From a phage, in the NCBI GenBank assembly GCA_025284135.1, contig GCA_025284135.1_3646.2: 41,948 nt of DNA; one strand, written 5' to 3'. Numbering within the stretch: the stretch's first letter is position 1; every line of letters begins with the position of its first letter. Below, piece after piece: positions 35,746-41,948 of the stretch. The notes under the pieces were generated by a model. It worked only from the letters and a program-made list of their open reading frames with translations, was not told where the DNA came from and searched no databases. A program made the translations under genes and the position numbers.

Positions 35746-36062
35746 ATGCAAATTGAGATCACTGGCAACGTAGAAATCACCGAAGGTATGGTGTCTTTCA
35801 TTCCCACAAAATGTCAAAACTGGAGCGTCTACATCCTTCTGTAAATCATGCACGTGTGAGTGTAAAAGTTGAAAATGATCACCAGGAAGTTATGGCGTTC
35901 ATTTTTGACACTTCTGGAAAAGAAGTTATTGCCAAAGCCAAAGGCAGTGATGCTTACGAGGCAACTGACCGTATGGTAGATGTTGCAGCACGTCAGCTGG
36001 CTAAATGCGGTGGCAAGAAAGGTAAAGGGAAAGGAAAAGTAAAGATTGACTTTGGAGAATGA
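35746..36062 (+). CDS. hpf: ribosome hibernation-promoting factor (Hpf/RaiA/YfiA)-like protein, interrupted by an apparent -1 frameshift near 35815-35820
   Basis: Frame A (ATG 35746, RBS AAAAGGAA) encodes MQIEITGNVEITEGMVSFIPTKCQ, like Hpf N-terminus MQLNITGNNVEITEALREFVTAKFAK; frame B (35811..36062) encodes KLERLHPSVNHARVSVKVEN...ARQLAK, like the rest of Hpf. Confidence 0.55.
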
Positions 36063-36199
36063 GGTGCTACAATGGGTGTGATTAAGAAATCAGTCCCAAG
36101 TGTAGAGATTGCATGCTTTGAAATTATGTTTGCAATCGCAGTTGTAGTTAATGTGTTAGGTTACGGCTATTAATATCAAATAATTGAGGAGACCTCTAA

Positions 36200-36469
36200 A
36201 TGAAAATTAAATTATTCAAAACTGAGCTGGCAGACAAAAATTGTGGTCTGGTTGAAGGCATGATTGTTGAAGCACAACCAGTGGACTATATGAAGGTGGT
36301 TCGTGATGCCCTTGGTGAAGGTTTTGATCTGATGGAGCCAGCTCTGCGGGAAGATGTTATCGAGATGGCTAAAAAGCACACACCTGAAGGCTTGGTGGTG
36401 TTTGTTGCACCAGGTAACGGAGAAGAGTTGATTGTAACTCCTGATGTGTATGAGATTGTAGAAGAGTAA
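36200..36469 (+). CDS. small acidic protein, tandem paralog family
   Basis: RBS GAGGAGA; C-terminal VYEIVEE. Confidence 0.5.
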   Translation: MKIKLFKTELADKNCGLVEGMIVEAQPVDYMKVVRDALGEGFDLMEPALREDVIEMAKKHTPEGLVVFVAPGNGEELIVTPDVYEIVEE

Positions 36470-36563
36470 TCCTGCTTGGATTAGTATACTCCTTTAATAA
36501 AAAGAAAAGTTTGTAATTATTTGTGGGAAAGGAATCCCCATCTCTTGCCAGAGGTGATACTAT

Positions 36564-36827
36564 ATGATTGTTTATTTTAAAACTTCAGGTGGATACCCTG
36601 ATTCTCAAAGCTTGATCGGAAAAACGTGCACAGCATACTCACCTCTTGATGAGGAGGTAAGCGATATCCTACGAGATATGTATCGGATTGATCCTCAAGA
36701 AGCTTTTGATCAAAACCTTGTATTTGTCAAGGGCTCAGACATGAAGTCTTTGGGAGCATTTCCTGAAGCAGATGATGATGCCGTTTATTCGTTCATGACT
36801 CCTTTTGAAGCTATGGTTGTTGGGTGA
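36564..36827 (+). CDS. small acidic protein, tandem paralog family
   Basis: KGSDMKSLGAF motif parallel to KGADLIAAGA. Confidence 0.5.
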   Translation: MIVYFKTSGGYPDSQSLIGKTCTAYSPLDEEVSDILRDMYRIDPQEAFDQNLVFVKGSDMKSLGAFPEADDDAVYSFMTPFEAMVVG

Positions 36828-36831
36828 GAAT

Positions 36832-37164
36832 ATGAAAGTACGCTTTATTGGTGAAACAATTCCTGTGCATCTCCGGTCGCCTGAAGATTCTGCAGATCTT
36901 GCATCTCAGAAGGCGAGAGGTTATGATAAGAAAGTAATCTCAACCGATGTAGAACTTGAGGCTACTAGTTTACCTGACCCTGCTGCATTCTTTAATCATT
37001 ATGGATACTATTTCAGCAATCTGATGAATATCGGTGAGCTTGTGTTTATTAGTGGTGGAGAAATTGTTAGCAAGCTTGGCGGCGATCCGGATGTCTTTCA
37101 TGAAACCTGTCCTTTTGCATTTGTGGTAGGTTCAGATGTGGAAGTTATTGAGGAGGTGCGGTAA
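36832..37164 (+). CDS. small acidic protein, tandem paralog family
   Basis: ATG 36832 after GGGTGAG; C-terminal VVGSDVEVIEEVR. Confidence 0.45.
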   Translation: MKVRFIGETIPVHLRSPEDSADLASQKARGYDKKVISTDVELEATSLPDPAAFFNHYGYYFSNLMNIGELVFISGGEIVSKLGGDPDVFHETCPFAFVVGSDVEVIEEVR

Positions 37165-37559
37165 TGGTAAGCCTATACCGTGTTGAGTATAGCTCAGATA
37201 CTGTGTACAACGTAAGAAGCAAAGATCGCAGCGACAGAGTGCAAGAAATGTATGTTCTTGCCGACAGTCCGTTATCTGCAGCGTTCAAGGCAGGGGCTCT
37301 TGCATCTCGTTGGAAATTTGAAGGCGGATCTTTCTATGAAGAAACCCTTGAAGATTCTGTTGTTATTTCTTCTGTAGGGGTTTCAGATGACTACGAAGGG
37401 AAAAAGTTCGTAATGCGGCACCCGCACAGCAACATTGCGTACTACTGGGATGTTCTGAACAACGAGTGGACCCCAGATCTTCAGAAGGCTACTGTACTAA
37501 CACCGTTTTTGGCAGATAAGTTCCCACCAGAAGGTAATTTATCCGCACTGTTTCAGTAA
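37164..37559 (+). CDS. hypothetical protein, paralog of 34957..35355
   Basis: RHPHSNIAYYWDVLNNEWTP vs VHPDSRVKHYWNARTKTWTP. Confidence 0.5.
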   Translation: MVSLYRVEYSSDTVYNVRSKDRSDRVQEMYVLADSPLSAAFKAGALASRWKFEGGSFYEETLEDSVVISSVGVSDDYEGKKFVMRHPHSNIAYYWDVLNNEWTPDLQKATVLTPFLADKFPPEGNLSALFQ

Positions 37560-37577
37560 TTTTCTTGCACACAGGTG

Positions 37578-37607
37578 TTGACAACGCCAACCCTGTGTGA
37601 AATAATA
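37578..37607 (+). promoter_or_regulatory. sigma70-like promoter (TTGACA, 17-18 nt, AATAAT/ATAATA) embedded in an inverted repeat
   Basis: TTGACAACGCCAACCCTGTGTGAAATAATA; flanked by CACACAGG (37568-37575) / CCTGTGTG (37592-37599). Confidence 0.45.
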
Positions 37608-37635
37608 CCTTCATCTTAACAAGATAGGAGACTGA

Positions 37636-37896
37636 TTGGTGAAGATTAAATTGAAAAACCTTGAAATGGCAGAGATTCAGGATGGTGTTGATTTCCGCTC
37701 TAAAGATGGTGACATCTTAGAGGTAAATCTTCCAACCTACAAGCTGATTAAAGGTTTTGGCAACGTTCCGGAAGAGGATATTCAAGAAATTCTTATGATG
37801 TTGATTCTTGACGGAACTGTGTTTGTAGGTGAAGGTGAGAACGCTATTGCAATCCCAGGCCATTTTTATGAAGTAGTTGACGAAGAGGTGCTGTAA
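37636..37896 (+). CDS. small acidic protein, tandem paralog family
   Basis: GTG start after AGGAGA; C-terminal FYEVVDEEVL. Confidence 0.45.
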   Translation: MVKIKLKNLEMAEIQDGVDFRSKDGDILEVNLPTYKLIKGFGNVPEEDIQEILMMLILDGTVFVGEGENAIAIPGHFYEVVDEEVL

Positions 37897-38247
37897 ATGA
37901 AAGTAGAAATTACTGGTTTTGATGTTAATGTGGTTCCGGAAGATATTTTAGCTAAACTTCCGGAAGGTTTTGGTAACGGTGTTGTGGTGGATGCTGTTCC
38001 TCCTACCAAAGACATTCTGCTGCAGTATGGTGTAGCAGAGGAAGATGTTGATAAAGTTCTTACAATGATGGCAATCGATCGTGTTGTCGTTGTTAAAGGT
38101 CTCGATAATTTTGAGAGTGATCCTCTGATTATTCGTGGAGATGACTACAAAATCATCGATAATGAAGGCCAAGAGTTCTATGAGCCTTGTGCAGAAGATA
38201 TTCTTAACTTATTACTGGAAGCAGGCACCGAAGAGGGGGACGAATAA
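37897..38247 (+). CDS. small acidic protein (MKVEITG N-terminus)
   Basis: TAAATG start overlap; acidic C-terminus. Confidence 0.45.
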   Translation: MKVEITGFDVNVVPEDILAKLPEGFGNGVVVDAVPPTKDILLQYGVAEEDVDKVLTMMAIDRVVVVKGLDNFESDPLIIRGDDYKIIDNEGQEFYEPCAEDILNLLLEAGTEEGDE

Positions 38248-38576
38248 TGAAGATTGACCAGTTACTGAAGGCTCGTGCAGAAAAGGCGTACACCATTAAG
38301 CTGACCAACCTGGTTCCTACTTGTCATCCAGATGTAGGTTGGCCCGAAGGTTTGGTGGAGGGAACTGTAACAGCTGCATACCTTCCTAACATCAAATACC
38401 TTATGGAAATCTTGGAGCTGGATGAGGAAACGGCAGAAGAGTTCCAGTTGGACATGAAACAAAGTGGGACTCTGGTTATTCATGGGTGGTACAATACTAA
38501 AGATGCAGAAGATCCTCTGGTAACTTCTAATCTGGCATATGAAATCTTAGGACCTTTGAACCTGGAGGAAGACTAA
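38247..38576 (+). CDS. small acidic protein
   Basis: TAATG overlap; C-terminal AYEILGPLNLEED. Confidence 0.45.
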   Translation: MKIDQLLKARAEKAYTIKLTNLVPTCHPDVGWPEGLVEGTVTAAYLPNIKYLMEILELDEETAEEFQLDMKQSGTLVIHGWYNTKDAEDPLVTSNLAYEILGPLNLEED

Positions 38577-38863
38577 TGAAAGATCTGGTTAAGATTAAGA
38601 TTAAAGATACCAATGGAGAACTCAGCCATTTTGGAATTAATGATGGTGACGAGCTGATCGCACACCTGCCTACCAAGGAGGTTGTAAGCAAAGCAGTTGC
38701 CGGAGAAGAAGCTGCAATGCAGGCTGCAGGTGTGGATGAAAACTATGTAGCTATGTGCATGTGCCGAGATCAGGTTGTTCTGTATAAAGCGTATCGACCA
38801 AACGGAGCCACGGAGTGGCTTGTATTCCGACCAGATGGATATGAAATCTTAGAGGCACTATGA
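38576..38863 (+). CDS. small acidic protein
   Basis: TAATG overlap; C-terminal DGYEILEAL. Confidence 0.45.
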   Translation: MKDLVKIKIKDTNGELSHFGINDGDELIAHLPTKEVVSKAVAGEEAAMQAAGVDENYVAMCMCRDQVVLYKAYRPNGATEWLVFRPDGYEILEAL

Positions 38864-38952
38864 TAAATCTTGCCAAGGTTGCAACGGTCCTGCTAATTAT
38901 TTGCTGGTCAGTAACCTTAACACTGTGTCTTGTATTTCAGTAAGGTGCTTGT

Positions 38953-39216
38953 ATGAACATCCTGATGTGGGTTGTAGTAGCGGCGTTTGTTGCATGTTTT
39001 TGCTGCTGGGTTGCGGTGAGGATTTCTGTAGCTACCCTTCGGAAGTTGGGGTTCTCAGAGTGGGATATTAATATCCTTTCTTTTCGCAATGAAACAATCT
39101 CAGCCGCCCTGCTCTGTAAGAAATTCAAGTGGGAACCTTGTGAGGTCATGAACTATCTAAGAACGGGTGATATCCCTGAAAGATTTAAAAAAGTTCTTGA
39201 CGGCGAGGATAAATGA
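38953..39216 (+). CDS. small membrane protein (N-terminal TM helix)
   Basis: RBS AAGGTG; ILMWVVVAAFVACFCCWVAV. Confidence 0.45.
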   Translation: MNILMWVVVAAFVACFCCWVAVRISVATLRKLGFSEWDINILSFRNETISAALLCKKFKWEPCEVMNYLRTGDIPERFKKVLDGEDK

Positions 39217-39371
39217 CAGTATAGTGACTAACAAGAGGTGAGGAATGACTGATTTTACTGAAGCTTTAATGATGGCCTTGTCTGTTTTAGCGCTATCGGT
39301 GTGTTTTGGGGCGTTATTCACATCTCTGGTTAAAGTTTTACATACAGTATTATTACCCAAGGAGCGCAGTA

Positions 39372-39623
39372 ATGACGAAGATTGACTTGAATGCTGGTGA
39401 TCATGTTGTTGTCAAATGCATTGGAGATTATCTTGGATTCACAATCGGCAATACTTACGAGGCGGTAGTGGCGAAAGTTTATCATGATAAAGTCCTCAGT
39501 CTTGTATTTGACTGCGATGATGATGGGGATGACCGATACGTCTGTGAGGTGCTGGCACGAGACGATAGTGAAGACCAGAAATTCCTGGTCATCGAACTGA
39601 ACGGTATTTTTGTAGAACGTTAA
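39372..39623 (+). CDS. hypothetical acidic protein
   Basis: ATG 39372 after AAGGAG; ORF-track start 39306 lacks RBS. Confidence 0.4.
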   Translation: MTKIDLNAGDHVVVKCIGDYLGFTIGNTYEAVVAKVYHDKVLSLVFDCDDDGDDRYVCEVLARDDSEDQKFLVIELNGIFVER

Positions 39624-39651
39624 TTTAAAACAACATAAGGAGACTCTTACT

Positions 39652-39957
39652 ATGGCTAAATCTAAAGTTGAACTGTTCACCTCTCTTCCTTCTGACACTG
39701 CAGAGCGTGATCGCCTTCGCAAAACAATCGAAGAACTGGTGGAACTCCAACTTCAGATTAAAGATCTGAAAGATGCCATCAAGGATATCATTCTTGTTGA
39801 GAAGCAGGATCATCTGTATTCTCCTAAATTCATCAAATCTCTGGTGGCTACCGAGTTCGATATTCGATATGAGGCTGAAAAACGTCGAGCTAAAATCGAA
39901 GAAGAGGTTGAGCACATGTCTGAGGCAGACATTCTTTTCAAACGCTCTGTAGAATAA
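39652..39957 (+). CDS. hypothetical coiled-coil protein
   Basis: RBS TAAGGAGA; heptad-like EELVELQLQIKDLKDAIKDI. Confidence 0.5.
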   Translation: MAKSKVELFTSLPSDTAERDRLRKTIEELVELQLQIKDLKDAIKDIILVEKQDHLYSPKFIKSLVATEFDIRYEAEKRRAKIEEEVEHMSEADILFKRSVE

Positions 39958-39961
39958 TGGC

Positions 39962-39987
39962 AAAGAGGGGCTTGGGCCCCTCTTTTT
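39962..39987 (+). terminator. rho-independent terminator
   Basis: AAAGAGGGGC-ttgg-GCCCCTCTTTTT. Confidence 0.6.
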
Positions 39988-40010
39988 ACTATCTATGAAG
40001 GAGATTTGAG

Positions 40011-40337
40011 ATGGGTATACCGATTACTGTAAAAGAATTGAATGAACGTGATGCAGGTGGTCTATGGCCTGCACGAAAAATACGCTGCGTCTACATGAAA
40101 GAGAACCTTGAACATCTTGATCAACAGATCAAGGTCGGTGATATTTTCGAGGTCTTCTATTCCAATCGTCGCAACTGGGAAACCATTCAGCCTTCTGGTT
40201 TTGTTCTTGCAAAACTTGACACTGGAGAAGTGATTATCCCAGGGTTGGATATTGTCTTCGAAATTATCCAGGAGTGGGATCCGGATAAGATTAGATATGA
40301 AGAGTTATTCGGTGAAGGTATTATCAAACCTGTGTGA
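40011..40337 (+). CDS. hypothetical protein
   Basis: RBS AAGGAGA; 108 aa. Confidence 0.5.
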   Translation: MGIPITVKELNERDAGGLWPARKIRCVYMKENLEHLDQQIKVGDIFEVFYSNRRNWETIQPSGFVLAKLDTGEVIIPGLDIVFEIIQEWDPDKIRYEELFGEGIIKPV

Positions 40338-40345
40338 GGTGGATT

Positions 40346-40645
40346 ATGTCTACAAAGACGGCTAAATACTCCTATATGCCATCAACCTCTGCAGAGGTAG
40401 ACTTTAGTTTCGATGTATTTCCACTGTTTGAGGTGGTTCTGGCATACCCTACAATACTATCTACTCCTGAATCACTTGTACCTGTTAAGTTGCAGAACGC
40501 TATGCATTCTATGCACTACAACAATAAATGTAGGCACAGATGGTGTCAGGACGAGGAAAAAGATCTGGATAGTTTGAGAGATTTTGACAATCACCTTTTG
40601 ACACCTTTCAGCTACTCCAACCTTGATAAGCCCTCATGGGTATAG
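40346..40645 (+). CDS. hypothetical protein
   Basis: ATG 40346 after GAGGTGG; ORF-track GTG 40334. Confidence 0.45.
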   Translation: MSTKTAKYSYMPSTSAEVDFSFDVFPLFEVVLAYPTILSTPESLVPVKLQNAMHSMHYNNKCRHRWCQDEEKDLDSLRDFDNHLLTPFSYSNLDKPSWV

Positions 40646-40669
40646 CAAAATATCAAATTTAAGACACCT

Positions 40670-40696
40670 AGGACGCTCTGTGGCGTCCTTTTCTTT
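40670..40696 (+). terminator. rho-independent terminator
   Basis: AGGACGC-tctgtg-GCGTCC followed by TTTTCTTT. Confidence 0.55.
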
Positions 40697-40858
40697 ATCT
40701 GGTGCACGATTGCATACCTTGGGTAGTTAATCTCATTACAGAGCGTTTAAGAGCTTCCTACAAACAAATCTCTCTTTCGAGCGTAGCGAGAACGCACGTC
40801 CGTTTTGACCCAAATCACCATACGCTCGGATTTTAACCAAACCCTCGCGGCGTTTCTG

Positions 40859-40887
40859 TTGACACATTGCCGCTCCAGTGATAGTAT
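40859..40887 (+). promoter_or_regulatory. sigma70-like promoter (TTGACA, 17 nt, TAGTAT)
   Basis: TTGACACATTGCCGCTCCAGTGATAGTAT in an apparently non-coding stretch. Confidence 0.45.
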
Positions 40888-41339
40888 CCACACATCGTTT
40901 GGAGAATATGGGATACACAATGAAAACATTGTCAGAGGTTTTGGTGGTGATCCTGATGATCATTACGTCCATAGCGGCTGTTGCCGGAATACTCACGGGT
41001 GGAACATGATAAACACACATGCATCTGAAGAGACATCCAAAGGAGTGACTATATGTCCCTTGACTGAGCCAGTGCAAGAGGAAAACTTCGATTCTGAAGA
41101 TTCTCCATCTTCGCTCCAGGTAGATCCTGAGGCTGATGACTTAACGTGGGAAGACATCGTAGATATCTGGTTCTCTATTATGCCTGAGCACGAAGAGTTC
41201 AGTGGTGGTAGACTATGAAGCACCGAGCCCACACAGGTTCCTCATGCTAAAGCATGGCCTGAAGAGGCAAACGTGTATAATTCTAGCGTATTGGAACGTA
41301 TAAAACCCTGTTCACACTCTCATTCACAGAGGAGATTTT

Positions 41340-41555
41340 ATGAAGATAGAAATATTTGGTGGAGCTGACAACACTCGTGGCCTGATTTACCTTGAATTCG
41401 ATGAATCATACCTGCCAGAGGTGTTAAATATAGACTCTGTTGCTGAGGCTTTGGGAGTAAACCCTAAAGAACTCCACTCTTGTGCCGAGATCGATGGTTG
41501 GGAAGAGACCATGAACATTGATTTCAGTGAAGTAGAGGATGAACCGCTGGACTGA
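41340..41555 (+). CDS. small acidic protein (MKIEIFG N-terminus)
   Basis: RBS AGAGGAGA; 71 aa. Confidence 0.45.
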   Translation: MKIEIFGGADNTRGLIYLEFDESYLPEVLNIDSVAEALGVNPKELHSCAEIDGWEETMNIDFSEVEDEPLD

Positions 41556-41948
41556 CACACAATTAGCTGCCCAGCTAAAGTGCTGGAAGCACCTATAACA
41601 CATCTTTCAACTAAATTTCCCACCACCACAATCACTTACCTCCCACACATGGCTGTTTGCTTGTTTAGTGAGCAGTCATGCCTTGACATTCTTGCCTATC
41701 CTGATAAAATTAAGTTCTTCTCTTTTCTTTTACCGAGTAATTCGGGTTTTCTGTTCTCTTCGGTTTGAAGGGGTATGGAGATACACCTGAGTGAACAGGG
41801 TGAACAACCGAACCATTGGCTATGGCATTAGCATGGCGAAGCGGACGGGTGACGAAAGAGGGGCCGGAGGACACCAGTCACTGACATATGATATATGGGT
41901 GATAACCTGAAGAGTCTGAATAAGTGTTTAAGTACCAGTCAGAGGAAA

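Noticed and set aside
35808-35822. Programmed -1 ribosomal frameshift site for hpf
   Set aside because: The local sequence (UGU CAA AAC UGG) is not a canonical X XXY YYZ slippery heptamer and no obvious downstream pseudoknot was seen; a mutation or sequencing indel is at least as likely, so only the frameshift itself is reported.
30392-38863. Possible CRISPR array or nucleotide-level tandem repeat in the region of similar small genes
   Set aside because: Similarity is at the protein-motif level between diverged paralogs; there are no regularly spaced identical direct repeats with unique spacers.
40736-41218. Overlapping ORFs 40805..41218 (+) and 40736..41077 (-)
   Set aside because: They are mutually exclusive, lack RBSs, and the plus-strand ORF starts upstream of the only promoter; neither is reported as a gene.
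41580-41768. 62-aa ORF near the right end
   Set aside because: No RBS, low-complexity hydrophobic and proline-rich translation, in an otherwise non-coding stretch.
1-41948. tRNA or rRNA genes
   Set aside because: Intergenic regions were scanned by eye for tRNA hallmarks (GTTC-type T-loop, acceptor stem, CCA end) and none was found; a tRNAscan run would be needed to be certain.

Overview
This window reads as a gene-dense early/middle region of a large virulent dsDNA bacteriophage with T4-like gene content; I cannot assign a genus from sequence alone. Almost all coding is on the + strand, apart from a divergent three-gene unit at the left end (61..1428). Recognisable modules: (1) a putative RNA end-healing/sealing cassette, with a Pnk-like P-loop kinase and calcineurin-type phosphoesterase divergent from an RNA-ligase-like gene, followed by a small acidic-motif protein, a Sir2-family protein lacking a zinc ribbon and a MazG-like protein; (2) DNA ligase, a lambda R-type endolysin, a 5'-3' exonuclease, RuvC-like and endonuclease VII-like resolvases, a DEDD exonuclease and two adenine methyltransferases; (3) a nucleotide-metabolism block (dNMP kinase-like, HAD nucleotidase-like, ThyX-like, nrdA, nrdB, glutaredoxin, nrdD, nrdG, PhoH). 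nrdD is interrupted by what I judge to be a 762-nt group I intron carrying an HNH homing endonuclease; splicing restores a 712-aa product across the conserved GCRSFL motif. The right third (about 30.4-41.6 kb) is a tandem array of small, mostly acidic paralogous genes, including a duplicated three-gene cassette and an Hpf/RaiA-like ribosome hibernation factor gene that needs a -1 frameshift to be read through. Many consensus sigma70-like promoters (TTGACA-17/18-TATAAT/TATTAT/TAGTAT) and several rho-independent terminators punctuate the region. No tRNA, rRNA or CRISPR array was found. All functional calls come from motifs read by eye and recalled family signatures; no database search was run.
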